From contig NEEC01000013.1 of assembly GCA_002189035.1 (NCBI GenBank), positions 2,728,001-2,792,000 of the forward strand: a stretch of DNA of 64,000 nucleotides, given 5' to 3'. A program made the translations under genes and the position numbers. The DNA comes from Utricularia gibba. Taxonomy: Eukaryota > Plantae > Magnoliophyta. The notes under the pieces were generated by a model. The model was not told where the DNA came from, searched no databases, and was given only the letters and a program-made list of their open reading frames with translations. Below, in pieces: positions 26,201 to 40,067 of the stretch (the first letter of the stretch is position 1; the number at the start of each line of letters is the position of its first letter).

Positions 26201-29200
26201 CTAATGCTTTCGTTTAGAGACGAATTGTATTCCTTGCTTCCCCAGTTCAAAACTCTTTGTCTTCCCATCATCTAGAGCAACTGAGACAGTCGATGTCTCC
26301 TCCATGACCTCAACTACAGTTCCTCTTAGCCTGGAGAAAAAAGATGGTAGAGCGATAAATTCATTCCTAAGGGATTTACGAGAACTAGATGAAAGTGCAA
26401 CAAGTAGAAAGCACGCAAAGCAAACTCCAATGAATCAGGCTCTTATGCCACTCACCAAGCATCACTGGATGGCTGATGGATTTCCACTCGTTTTCCAGAT
26501 GCATCTTTCCCCAGTTTCAGGAGTATCCAATTGGTATCACTCAAGTTGCCATTCATTATGTTATCGTCATCCAATGCAGGCCTCTTCTTCCTTTTTGATC
26601 GTTGACCCCTACTATAAGCCAACTTATCCTGCCCATAAAGAGGCAGCAGATCTCGGGAACCACGAGCCGCAATGCCTGTTTCGTTTCCATCACTCGAGTA
26701 CTTGGGGATTTTAAACTTCAGCAATGGCTTCCCAGTCTTAGTTGACACTTGTGAAATTGAAGGCACCGCACTGCTTCCATTATTGATGTTCCCAGAAACT
26801 TCAGCATTTTTTGAAGATTTGTTCCTCAAGGATGCACCCCTCGTAGAGATGCTGCCTTCAGCGTACAGATTCAAATCCACTGCAACCGAAAAGATTTGAT
26901 AAATGAATTATGATCATTCTTGGGGGACATCTACACACCAAAGAGCATTGATTACCTTGGTTATCAAAAGACCCAGATGGAGCAACCGCACCAATGATGG
27001 AATCATGTGGCTTTTGTCTAAATGAGGCTCCAATCCCTGCCACACAGGCATATAGCATCCTTTCAGCAAACAATAATTGAAGTTCACCAATGCAGAAAGA
27101 ATAGAGTGTTTGGAGCTTGAATGGTAATTTCAGATCAAGGAGACCCCATACCTATGAATACAATCATATCAAATTTCTACCTAAGCAGCATAAATATGTA
27201 TAGCATGCACACCAGTGGCCTCTGCATATAGATACATAAGCAGATGCATATAAAGAACATTTGAAGTAAGCTATACCATTGAAAGACATATCTTGCTCCC
27301 TTTCAACACTTGCAGCATTAGAGTTTGGAGGGCTACTAGTAGTTCTGCTTCGACCACCCAAGTGAATTACAAGCCTTTTCCCTGACAGCGACACAGGCTT
27401 GGCACTCTCAACCTCAATCTCCTCCATGGTCGATTTGCTGGTCTTCATTTTGATTGTTCTTGAGGGATTCATAACAGTGTTTGCGGTGTCAGTCATACTT
27501 CCAGTAATAGGAGATAGAGCATCATGTTCACTGGAAAACAGGACTTCACTCCTACAGTGATCAGTATTGCATCCCACAGAAAAATCTCTCCCCTTTTTCT
27601 TGACATGCATTTTATCCAAAGGCTTCTTCCCATATTCTTTGCCCTTTTTTGGAAACTTTTCATTGAAACCCTTAAGAGAGAACTTCAAAGAATGCCCAGA
27701 ATCAACCTTGGCTACCGGAGTACCACCTTCATCCAAATAAGGCAGAATCTCAAATATTTCATCCGTTGACCAACCGGAAGCTATTCTTAAGCTAGATATC
27801 AAATCCCTATCAGCTTCATCTCTTCGTCTCCAAAGCTCCTGAACAGCCTCTTCAAGATTGCTGATCTGGAGAAAAATCCATCTAGATTATCTCTAAAACG
27901 CTGCAGACAAGCATTGCATGCATTTCTTTAAAGCAATCAACAACCTTTGAGGACTCTCCACGACATGCAGGACAAGCATATTGAAGATCTTCATTGGCTT
28001 GAAACTCCATATATTTTGCATCACTGAATTTTTTATTTAGGGGAAAAACTAAATCCTCCATTCAAGAAAAAGGCCATGGGAGCATCCCAATTAGCTTAAA
28101 AAAATGAAGAAAAACCTGATCCCATCACAAGGGCAATGCACCCAGCGCTGACAAACATCACAGCATACCATAGGAGTCGATTCAGAGTCTCTATAAACCT
28201 GATTTTGTGAAATGAAAATACTAAAATTTATGCTGATTCAGCATGTAAGTGGCTGCTTCAGCAGCAAAATAATTATCCATGGAAAAAGCAGTACCTTCAA
28301 ACAAATAGTGCAGTAATTTCCCTTGACAAAAAGTCTTCCACATGCATCGCAACAAGTATAGCTCAAAAACCACCTATGGAAATAAATGGTTATAGTTAAT
28401 CATATAAAACAAGCTGGGCAAAGGTAAAACAGTGGAATGAGAAATTTTTATGGTAAAAGATCTGCTAAAGTCTAGGCAAATACGAATTCAAACCTTGAAC
28501 TCAAGCCACTCCCAGGGACCGAAGAACTACAGCTATGGCATCTGGTATGCTTTTGGCATAGGTAAGGCCCATGGCCAACGTTCTGTATTCATTTAACAAG
28601 AACTTGTCAGCCAACTGTCAAGCTTAAGGTAACAACTAGAGATGAAATGTCCATGGAGCATGAAACCTTGCTGGGAGGTTGCTGACAGTAGCAGTGATAT
28701 GCAGCATCGCACCTTTTACAGAACATAAACTTACTTGGATCCCCATCTTTTCGGCAAACCTGCAGTACAAAAAAACATGAAGTACATTTGCTGAAATTAA
28801 AATACAAGACTTTGTGATAAACACAAGTAGCATATATTCTTACCTCACATATACGGCAGGAAGGGCATACCCAAGAACTCCAGCGGAAAAGATCTGTTAA
28901 AGAATTTTCTCAGCAGATCAACAACAATTTTTCCAGAAAAGTATCACCAACAAACCGTAGGATGGGAAAGCACCTCTATTTTGGGACCAACGCTTCAGGC
29001 AATGCTGATGATACTTCCTTCTACAAGAACTGCATGAAAGCATCTTTTTTTCTCCTTCACTCCCTTCATTTTCAGCCGTTGAGCACATCCAACACGTTAT
29101 CTTGGCAATTGAGGAATCTTGCTTCTCCCCATTAGCATCACTTAACACAGTCTAAAAGCAAATAATTCAATGAATAACTGGAAAAAGCATAAGCCTGCAT

Positions 29201-29942
29201 CATCAAATGAATAAATTATTGAGGAAAAACGATGGTATTTGTGACAATTCATTTTTGCAAAAAAAAAAAAAAAAAAAAAACCCTTCAAGAATACACACTA
29301 CCAAAGTGAATCACTTCAACCACTAGAACCATCCAACATGAAAAAAAAAAAGTGAATGGCGACCGAAGGCATATTCCGGAATTTAATCGAAATCACCATC
29401 AGTCAGTGGCTAATGCCTTACCACCAAATCACCAGATTCCAACTTCTTCAACTGAGCCAAAGATGCGATCTTCACTGTCGCCCCTTCTTCCCTGCGTCCA
29501 AATCCCAAAGATGCTACAGGAGGGATCAAGAAGGACCGCCGCGGCGCTGTGCTAACAACAACTTTGGGAACCAAAACTTCAACTGTGGCATTCTCCCTCG
29601 ACCTAATCAACCAGGGATCATTCAAGAACTGCTCTATTCTCGCTACCTCCTGCATAAACTCCCTTCTTCCCTCCTGGGTCCGCAGCTTCCCAGTATAACC
29701 CATTTGACAAAAACATATCTTGCGTCTGCAAACATACAAGAAGACCAAAGAATCGTTCAAAACCAAAAACCCACATCACTTCTCTGGAAAACCGACCGTT
29801 CCCCTTGCAATCCAAAGTGGAGGGAGAAACGTATACACACAAACAAACAAAAAAACCAACGCGCACCCAAATTGTTGGGTTAATTGATCACAATGAAGAA
29901 AAGGGGTTACCCGGTAATTGGGCAGGCAACATGAAAGGCCAT
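26201..29942 (-). CDS. Multi-PHD-finger protein (At3g08020-like) with C-terminal Tudor-like segment
   Basis: MAFHVACPIT|.RKICFC, CRRKYHQHCLKRW, VCRKDGDPSKFMFCKRCDAAYHCYCQ, GPYLCQKHTRCHSC, YRDSESTPMVCCDVCQRWVHCPCDGI, WILLKLGKDASGKRVEIH...TVSVALDDGKTKSFELGKQGIQFVSKRKH*. Confidence 0.92.
29259..29280 (+). repeat. A22 homopolymer in a PHD-gene intron
   Basis: 22 consecutive A read directly from the sequence. Confidence 0.9.
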
Positions 29943-30321
29943 CCGAGCAGAAAAAAAAAAGTGATTTTTAATTTTAATTGTGAGAATTAACTTTTAACAG
30001 CCCACTACTCTCACCGCAATAATAGTTTTTTAAAATTTTTTACTATTTTTACGTTATGTAACTACCTAAAAAGACAACCCTTTTCATTTTTTTTTAAATA
30101 ATGAATATTATGCGAATTAAATATTTAAATAGGGAAAAATTCACATCTTTTCCAAGTATATCCGTTCAATATTACTCCGAGCGGCTTCCATGGCGGAAAT
30201 TCCTCGGCCACAAGAATTCGGATAAATGCCCTTTCCTCGTTTCCAGGTGGCCGTGTCAAATTTCTAACGTTCCGCCTCTCAAGAATTCTGGGGCTTCCCC
30301 TTAGCGAAATCAACACAAAAA

Positions 30322-30798
30322 ATGGCCTGTTCTCCGGCCCTTTTCTCCTCAATTCTGAACATCGCCAGTTCCAGAAACCCGATTATTGATGTGGGTTTCC
30401 CCAGAATCGCTCATGGAATCGGAAAAAAGCAATCTACCATGGTTCCTGTTGCCGCTCCCAGCATGGCCTGCAATTCATCCACGATAACCAATTCCCTGAC
30501 ACTCGATTATGATAGCGTTAGCGATGGGGAGCTAAAAACAGCAGAGTCAAGAATCGGGTCGAAGATCAGGGTCAAGGGGCCCCTCAAAGTGTTCCATGTG
30601 CCTAAAGTGCCGGAATTCGAGCTCGGTGGAAAGATTGGTGTGTTGAAGCAGTATGTTGCAAGTTACAAGGGGAAAAGAATTTCGGCCAACTTGCCATATC
30701 AAGTGGAGTTTGTGGCTGATGATATTATTGGGCGCAATGGTAAACCAGTGAAATTTATTGCTCATTTGAGGGAAGATGAGTTTGAGCTACTAGACTGA
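30322..30798 (+). CDS. FTRA: Ferredoxin-thioredoxin reductase variable subunit, plastid-targeted, intronless
   Basis: Ser/Ala-rich transit peptide then IGSKIRVKGPLKVFHVPKVPEFEL..G.LKQYV..YKGKRISANLPYQVEF...KFIAHLREDEFE. Confidence 0.93.
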   Translation: MACSPALFSSILNIASSRNPIIDVGFPRIAHGIGKKQSTMVPVAAPSMACNSSTITNSLTLDYDSVSDGELKTAESRIGSKIRVKGPLKVFHVPKVPEFELGGKIGVLKQYVASYKGKRISANLPYQVEFVADDIIGRNGKPVKFIAHLREDEFELLD

Positions 30799-32190
30799 GT
30801 ACTGAAATGCTGTTATTGACTTTTTTCAATTATACTGTTGTTATTCACAGTTTTCCTTTAAAAAAGATGATTGAAAACCCATCACCTATACTGTAGATAC
30901 AATACCCTTACTGTTTTGGTCATTTAATAGCCTTGATCTTTGAAGAAGCTTTGTATTCTGTACTTAACTGCATAAGCAATCTGCTGTGCTTTAACCCTTG
31001 GTTGGTGGATGCTTAATGATGCTTCTCTTTCTAATAACTCGGATCATTATCTAATCCATTGGCCTACAAACCTACTGCTCAGTTGCATTGCACCTGATAC
31101 AGTTAAGCTATCAGTTTGCTGCCGCCAGATGCGGCTGTGCTTCATTTGAAGATGCTGTTTTGGTTACTGAAGTCTCAATGAGCTTGCTCTGTTTTCCACT
31201 GCAAAAGGAGCTTTTGTATGAGATCCTTTGTTCAAATCTGCTGCATGACTAGTGCCCAATCTCCTTAACTGAACATAAACATGGGCTGTGTTTTGGAGTC
31301 CATTGGCTATCTGTCATCTTGCTGCATCGTTCTTTGATGTCTTCTTTCCTCTTCAGAAGAACTTGATTTTCGATTGAATGGTTAGTCTAATGCAAGAAGG
31401 CGATTATGGTCTGCTGATCTTCCGGTGCCTGCATCTCCCTCCATACTTTGGTCATTACATCCAAAACAATGGCGTTCTTTTTGGGCCTGTGATGCTCCCG
31501 ACAGTTTACGCTACCAGAACAATGGGATGGTTGAAGGATATGTGAAGAGCTGCTTCATACTGAGCTGCAAGCTCATGCCAAAGAAGAAAGGAAATCCTAT
31601 GTCGAAAACCTCTGTGAAAAGTAAAAAGAATGGTGATGATAACTTCAACGTTCATTCTTCTTTATTGCGTTCTAGCCGGCCACTGGCCGCAAGAAAATTC
31701 ATCACGTAAAAGGGACTATGAATGATCTCTTTTTTTTATAGGAAAAAAACATTATTAAAAAAGAAACTGAATAGATATATTTTTCCTAACGCAGTAGCCT
31801 CGTTGCTGTTGATCTCTCTCAGGCCTAACCGGCAGTAGTTTTTTCGTGTGACTCGCACGGTGGAGGCGCAGACGCGCCGGCTTGAATGCTGTAGGCGGTT
31901 TCTTGTGCGTTTTTAAGTTGCAGTAATCGTCATTTCGCGATGGTTTTGAGTTTGAAATCGAATTCAATTTAGCTATCTCGAGGTTTCTGGATCGGAGAAT
32001 CATTTATAGATTTGGAAAGTTGCCGATCTTGGAGAACTCCGGTGAAGATCTACTCGAAAACCGATGCTATATTCATGACCGGTGGGCAAGTTCCCACGGC
32101 GGCCGAAAGGTAAAGAGCAGCAGAGCGGAGGCGTCTGTTTCTGAAGGCAAGCCATATCATTTTGTGCTGTAATTCGTATTCGTTGGCGGA

Positions 32191-35100
32191 ATGCTTCGGT
32201 TGCGGGCTTTTCGCCCTACAAATGATAAGATCGTTAAGATTCAGTTACATCCCACGCATCCGTGGCTCGTTACAGCGGATGCGTCGGACCATGTGTCTCT
32301 CTGGAACTGGGAGCATCGGCAGGTTCGATGCTATTCTTCGGATTTTCGTGTTGCTTGTTTGGTTGGGTTGGATGTTGTGCGATCTTTTTTTCCGATGTTG
32401 GGATTTGTAGGTAATTTATGAGCTAAAAGCTGGGGGGTTGATGAGAGGCGTTTGGTTGGTGCGAAATTGGAGAAGCTGGCTGAAGGCGAGTCAGGTATAA
32501 TGTGTCAGACATCTTGTCAGATTTGCTCGCGCTGCTTATGATCTCTCAATTGTCTTTTGAATTGCATTCAAATGATGACTTGCTATTGTCTGTCATGAAT
32601 GTTTGTATTGCACTGAAACTCAAGCTATTCCATATTATGAAATTTTCTTCTACGAATATCCTTTGAGTTTGGGTTTTGGTTTGATATGATTGCCAAATGA
32701 TGTGCAAGTGTGCTTCATTGTGATTTTTAGAAATCAAGTTATATTCATCAAACCACCCAAAAGGAACTTACATGGCTTATCTGTCAAAGATCAGCATTTT
32801 CTAAGAAATGCTCATTGTCCAAGATACTTTTTGTGCATAAAGAATGCCATTGATAATGTTGGAACCTCCATGCATCCTAAATATTCAAAATGTTTATACG
32901 GCTGACTGTCATGCTCCTAGTGGATTCTTCTTTCTGTTTTTTTTTTTCTGATATAAACTAAAACTGGTGAGTTTATGTTCACTCTAACATTTTTCTGCGT
33001 TTCTTTTAAATATAGAGTCCAAGGGGAAACCTACTGAAGCTATACGTGGTGGCAGGTACTTCCAAAGCCTGCCTGGAAGATTTAAGTTTTCCCTGACTTT
33101 GAATCCATCCATACTGATGTGATACTGAAAAAGTTGCATGTGCTTTTGATCCGCTATCAAGTGTTAAACAGGTTAACTTCTATGATGATGATGTTCGGTA
33201 CTGGCAATTATGGAGGAATCGTTCCGCAGCAAGTGAAGCTTCAGCAGCTGTCAGCAACACCAGTACAGCTTTCAATTCGCCTGCACCATCCACAAAGGGG
33301 CGCCATTTTCTTGTCATATGTTGTGAGAACAAAGCAATTTTTCTTGACTTAGTGACAATGCGTGGCCGAGATGTACTGAAACAGGATTTAGACAACAGAT
33401 CTCTTCTATGGCAAGTACTTGATCCTCTCAAACATAATTTGATGTTAAAGTTTCATTGTTTCAACCTCCATATGAATGCATGAACTAATTGTAAAATGTC
33501 TAGTTTCTGGATCCTTTGTTGCATTCGCTTCCTAGGAATTTGTAAATCAGGCTTTGAAGTTTTCTTCACTGCATCTGCTGGATGAAAAAAACAAAAAAAA
33601 AAAAAAATGTTTGGCATGGTAGACTGTTTGTTGCTGGTCCATCGTGGAAGCATGCAACTTATCTGTGTATTTTTTGACTCAATATTGGTTTCTCTAAACT
33701 TCGATTTCCAAGTTTTTTAGTACAAAATCAACTTTTTATGGGAGCTTTTCTATGCAGCATGGAATTCCTATGCAGATCAGTTTCTAGTGATGGACCTCTT
33801 GTGGCATTTGGTGGATCAGATGGCGTAATTAGAGTCCTTTCCATGCTTTCTTGGAAGGTTTTTCTCATTTATATTGTTCCAGACCATTATCTCACTCGTA
33901 AAATTGTGTTCTAGTGACATTTGGTTTATTTGGTGCAGCTTGCTAGAAGATACACTGGAGGCCATAAAGGTGCAGTTTCTTGTTTGATGAGCTTCATGGC
34001 ATCCTCAGGCGAGGTAGGTCTTGGTTTACAATGTATCTGACTCCCTTCTGAAATGTTATCTGCACTAAATATGCCAGTTGAGTGGGATAGAAACAATCTT
34101 TGTGATCCTTTTTTTTTTTTTACCTTGATATTTTCGTTTCAAGAACCTTTGTTCAATTGTAAATTATTGGTCTATGTGTTTTTATTTTCAAAGTTTTCTC
34201 AAGTTTAACTATACAGGTACGAGTCTACCTAGATGACATTCAGATGCTATTACAGCCCATTTTATTTTGTTATTCTAGCAATCATAATATTGAGATTGGT
34301 CCTTCCTGATATGAGTTTCTCATTGCATTCTGAGGAGATGCTCTTTCAAGAGCTAAAAACTTGTAGATGCGATTATCAAATATAAGATATTTGCTTATGT
34401 TCCACATCACACAGCTCATTAATTTCTTTATTTCTTCATCGAGGTCTCACAGCTAATTAAGAATATTTTGTATCTTTTGACATCGTGTTGTCTAGCTTGT
34501 AGAGTGTAGCTCCTCTGTACATGTTCGCCACAATTAATATTTCAAGTGTGCTATAAAGTCACTTGGATGTTTTCTTCTGTGCTGATATGATTTTGATGTA
34601 GGCTCTTCTTGTTTCTGGTGGTGTGGACGGCTTATTAGTTCTATGGAATGCAGACTTTGGCCAAGATTCACGAGAACTTGTTCCAAAGATGAGCATAAAA
34701 GTAATTTTCTCTAAATCTAGCATATCTTTGGATTCCTTTTTTTCATCATTTAGACTACTTTATGTGGCAAGCGTTGGAAGTCATCGCACTATTGATTCTC
34801 ACATTTGAATGAGTGAAACTGAAAAGTCTTGAATACTACAATGATCTAGGCCCATGATGGTGGGGTTGTTGCTGCTGAGCTTGCTCGTGTGGCTGGGGCT
34901 GCACCGCGGTTGATTACAATTGGTGTTGACAAGAGTTTAGCCATTTGGGATACATCTTCATTTAAGGTCTGTCGTTGACTTTTCATAATTTATCCTTCCT
35001 TTCGGCACATATTTTAATTAGCCCCCGTTTTCCTGAATCAAATTTATTTATTTTTCAGGAATTGCGTCGGTTGAAGCCTGTTTCAAAATTGGCTTGCCAT

Positions 35101-38100
35101 AGCGTTGCATCTTGGTGCCATCCTCGAGCTCCAAATCTTGACATCTTAGTATGTGTTAAAGATTCCTATATATGGTATGTATGATTGGAGGTTTGTTGTG
35201 CCAGCATAATCTGATTCTTGCAAACATTAAATGGAAATTTTTTCATCCATTAATCTTTGTCAGGGCGGTTGAGCATCCCACATATTCAGCTCTAACAAGG
35301 CCATTATGTGAGCTGTCATCGCTTGTACCGCCAGAAATTCTTGCTTCACATAAGAAACTTAGGGTCTGATCTTTATAAATTTTTTAGGTTAATTCTGGCC
35401 AACAATTGTTCTTGTTTCTGAAATTTCATATTTATTTCTCTCTTAGGTGTATTCCATGGTAGCACATTCTTTACAGCCCCATCTTGTTGCAACTGGAACA
35501 AACATGGGTGTTCTTGTATGTGAATTTGATGCCAAATCTCTTCCACCTGTAGCAGTCTTGCCATCTACACCGGGTAGCCGAGAGCATATGGCTGTCTATG
35601 TAGTTGAAAGGGAATTGAAGTTGTTGCAGTTTCAATTGTCTAGTGTTGCAAATCCTGCCCTTGGAGGTAGTAGCTCCCTAAGTGACTTGGAAACGGTCAG
35701 GAGGGGCACCACTGAGCAGCTCGATGTGAAGCAAATTAAGAAACATATTAGTACTCCAGTTCCACATGATTCATATTCTGTTCTCTCTGTAAGCAGCTCA
35801 GGGAAGTAAGTGGCCTCATGATCTTCTTTATCTAGTTATGCTGTGCTGCTTACACGTTTATTCTTGCAGATTTTAGAATAAAAAAAATATGTACATATTC
35901 TTTTCTTTGGTTGGAATTAGATATACTGCAAGAATTTGGAGTTTAGATGTGATGAAACCTGTTTACCGTATTTTGCTTCTTATGTAAATGTGTTCATTTC
36001 ATTTTACCTCCTATCTTACAGACTTATTACTTCATTTTCATTCTGCAGGTTCCTTGCCATTTTGTGGCCTGACATTCCATATTTCTCAGTCTACAAGGTT
36101 AGCGACTGGTCAATTGTTGATTCAGGTAGTGCAAGGCTCTTGGCCTGGGACACGTGTAGAGATAGGTTTGCGTTGCTGGAATCTGTATTACCCCAAGAAT
36201 TCCTGTGATTCCTAAGGGCGGGTCATCAAGAAAGGCAAAGGAGGCGGCGGCTGCTGCCGCACAAGCTGCTGCGGCAGCAGCTTCTGCTGCTTCAACCGCA
36301 AGCGTTCAAGTCCGCATATTGCTGGATGATGGAACATCAAACATATTGATGAGGTCAGTTGGTAGTCGCAGTGAACCGGTCATTGGTCTACATGGGGGAG
36401 CACTGCTTGGTGTTGCTTATCGAACATCTCGAAGAATAAGTGCTGTTACTGCTACTGCTATTTCTACTATACAAACGATGCCGTTGACAGGTTTTGGTGG
36501 TAGTTCAGTATCTTCTGTTGGTGTCGTGGATGATGGATATTACTCACAAAAATCTTCTTCTGAAGCATCATCACCAAATTTTCAGCTGTACAGCTGGGAG
36601 ACTTTTGAACCAATTGGGGCACTTCTTCCACAACCAGAATGGACAGCATGGGACCAAACAGTTGAATATTGTGCCTTTGCCTATCAGCAATACATTGTCA
36701 TATCTTCACTGCGTCCTCAGTTTCGTTACTTGGGAGATGTGGCAATTCCTAATGCAACTGGGGGTGTTTGGCACCGCAGACAATTATTCGTTGCTACACC
36801 AACCACCATTGAGTGTGTCTTCGTTGATGCTGGTGTTGCACCTATAGACTTGGAAACTAAAAGAAAAAAAGATGAGATGAAAATGAGAGAAGCTCAGGCA
36901 AGAGCTGTGGCAGAACATGGTGAATTGGCGTTGATAACAGTTGAGAGTCAACAAACATTGGCAGTGCAGAAAACAGCATTGAGGCCTCCTTTGTTACAGG
37001 TGGTCCGATTAGCATCTTTCCAGCATGCTCCATCTATACCGCCATTCTTAACACTACCCAAACAATCGAAAGCTGAGAATAATGAATCATCTTTGCCAAA
37101 GGAGATAGAAGAAAGGAAATCCCATCAAGTGGCCGTTGGAGGTGGTGGTGTTTCTGTGGCTGTTACCAGATTTCCAGTTGAACAAAAACGACCTGTTGGG
37201 CCGCTTGTTGTTGCTGGTGTAAGAGATGGTGTTCTATGGTTAATCGACAGGTATATGGTTGCTCATGCAATATCCCTAAGTCATCCTGGTATACGTTGTA
37301 GGTGCCTTGCAGCATACGGGGACCCTGTGAGTGCTGTAAAATGGGCCAGCAGACTTGGTAGAGAACACCATGATGATTTAGCACAGTTTTTGTTGGGTAT
37401 GGGTTATGCCACAGAAGCCCTCCACTTGCCTGGCATATCCAAAAGATTGGAATTTGATCTGGCAATGCAGAGCAATGATTTGAATAGGGCCCTTCAGTGT
37501 CTTTTAGCAATGAGCAACAGTAGAGATATAGGACAAGAAGCTCTTGGGTTAAACTTGAGTGATATTATGAATTTGTCATCAAAGAAGGAGAACGTTGTGG
37601 AGGCTGTTCAAGGAGTGGTAAAATTTGCTACCGAGTTCCTTGAACTTATCGATGCAGCTGATGCCACAGGACAAGCTGACATTGCTCGTGAAGCTCTCAA
37701 GAGGGTTGCCGCAGCTGGTTCTGTGAAAGGAGCTCTACGGGGCCATGAGATAAGGGGACTGGCTTTACGCCTCGCTAATCATGGGGAAATGACGAGGCTT
37801 GGTGTAAGTAGTCTTTTTCTTTATGTAACTGCATCGACAAAAAGCGACCTTGAGTGATATCCTTTTTATTAAGCATCACTTTTCTCTACTGGTGACGTTT
37901 TTTTTTTCCCTTGGCCTTTCATGGTGCTTACTTCAATGCTTGCAACATCTGCAGAATCTGGTGAACAATTTGATATCAGTTGGTTCAGGGAGCGAAGCTG
38001 CCTTTGCGGCGGCCCTTCTGGGAGACAATATACTCATGGAGAAGGCGTGGCAAGAAACTGGGATGCTCGCTGAGGCTGTGCTCCATGCTCATGTATGATA

Positions 38101-38885
38101 ACATATAGCTTTTAACGGTTATTCTGTATGTCAAATGCATGAGCTAATCCGCAACGTTATTCTCAGGCTCATGGTCGACCTTCCCTGAGGAGCTTAGTCC
38201 AGGCATGGAACAAGACCCTACAAAAAGAACTGGATCACACCCCGTCAAAATGGATGCCGCGGCAGCGTTTTTAGCTTCTCTCGAGGAATCCAAGATCACA
38301 AGCCTTCAAGATGCAGCGAAAAAACCTCCTATTGAAATTCTCCCCCCAGGAATGGCAACTCTGTACGGCCCCAATCCAGGTCACCCGGGTGCCAAGAAGC
38401 CGGTTCTTCCTCTACAGAGCTCTCAGCAACAGGAAAATAAACCGCTGATGATAGAAGGGTCTGCAACAGCGCCAAGTGCCGATGCTCCTCCAGACTCCAC
38501 CGCGGTTTCTTCAACTGAATCCGATTCCCAACAGAATCCTGTCGAGTCAGAATCCGGGCCTCCAGTTCATGGAGTTGACCAGGAAAAACCTGTTGCAGCT
38601 TCTGAGACAAACGATGCCGATGATTCCAAGTCAGATCCATCCGCTCCGGCCGCTTCCGGGTCTAGTGGCCAAGAAGAATCAACCGATATACTAATAGGAA
38701 ATCAGGAGCAGCCAACACCTTCACCGAGTGCTTCAGACCCTACTCCAAACCCAGAGAATGTTACCATTCCAGTAACCGGAGAAGGCGGCAGTCTGCTCCC
38801 AGGCGATGCGGCTGGTCTTCAGCAACCTACCACTAGCCAAGGGCCTGCACTCCGTCCAGAACTCCCAATGAGTTTCTTTACCTGA
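32191..38885 (+). CDS. TWD40-2: TPLATE complex WD40 subunit TWD40-2 (At5g24710-like), about 14 exons; three apparent -1 frameshifts
   Basis: MLRLRAFRPTNDKIVKIQLHPTHPWLVTAD, GRHFLVICCENKAIFLDLVTMRGRD, WCHPRAPNLDIL, PKGGSSRKAKEAAAAAAQ, GREHHDDLAQF, AWQETGMLAEAVLHAH; frame breaks at 32432-32437, 36191-36194 and 38240-38243. Confidence 0.93.
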
Positions 38886-40067
38886 GGTTGAGATTAACAT
38901 TTCCCCCAACGATACATCATTGTTTCCTTTGAATCTAACTCGTCTCTCATGTTTCTCTTTTCCCATTGAAAGGAGCTTTTGAAGATACGAAGAGCTTACT
39001 GCACTGCACCCAGACAAGTAATACCTCCTTAAATTAATGCTGTCATTTGTTTCCATTCTGCGATGACTTTCTTGCTCCCATATCTCTGTATGCTAGTTGC
39101 CTGCTTGGACGTTCCCATCTCCATCATGATGTTCCATTTGATTTTGTGTACGCAAGTTGAGTGCTAATCATCCAATCAACGTGGGAATAAAGTATTTATG
39201 ATGCCATCTTGCTTGATTACGTGACGTCGGAAGTGGTACGAAAACAGATTTCAGCCTAGGTTTTATTTTAGGGAATAAAGAAATAGTGGGAAAAAGAAAT
39301 CTGGACCGGGCGGCCACCCCCTTTTTAAAATGTATTGTTGTAGACTGCACTGGTAGCGTCAAGCGTGTGCCTGGTCCTTCGCAGGTCCAACCCATAGGGG
39401 GTCTAGTTGTTCCTCAGGTTTCCCCCATTTGTTTGACTTGTGCTGCACGCCTAGGCATTGTCGTCACACTACACATTAATTGCTGTATATTAATTTTCTT
39501 ATCAATCAATTTTAAAATAATTTGCCATGTAAAATCAAACGTATGTACTATGTATGATTCACGAATAGATTGGAGAAGACATATTTTAGTATCATTGTAT
39601 TTGTACAAAAATTGTTTTATTTTAAAGCAAGGAAGCTGGAGAAATGGAAATTGTACCGCAACAGTTTTTCAGTTAGCGGGACAAAGCGTAATCAGGTGAA
39701 ACATGGTGGGACACGTGGCGGGCCGTCGCCACTAAGTTTTGCAAAACGGGAATCGAGCCAACTTTGCCTTCCTCCTCGGGATACGTCATAACGACACCGT
39801 AAATCTCGTCTCCGTCCCCCAAGCCTTCTTCTCCTTCTCCTCCTCCTTCTGCGGTCCCCTTCGAGCGAATTCTGGATTCCTACATCGGCAAACGACGTGT
39901 CTCCCGCCCGATTGTCGGCTGCGAGGGGCGTAATTAAATTCTCCCGATACAGAATCGTATCGTGTAATCGCAAATCTGGATTTTCTCGCTTTTAAACGCG
40001 TTTATCCCGAATCATATGCTTCCACGCCGTCCCCCTGCGCCGATCGCCGCTGCAATTGCGTTGTCGT

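Noticed and set aside
32568-32620. ATGATGA...CTGA in TWD40-2 intron 2 as an intronic snoRNA
   Set aside because: Under 50 nt between the boxes, no C'/D' pair and no identifiable guide.
37094-37106. TGCCAAAGGAGAT, identical to the 5' 13 nt of miR399
   Set aside because: It lies in the TWD40-2 coding frame (LPKEI), has no hairpin and is in the wrong orientation for a target site.
39692-39973. Arg-rich minus-strand ORF (RRRRRRRRRLGGRRR)
   Set aside because: It is the reverse complement of a CT-rich leader tract, not a protamine-like gene.
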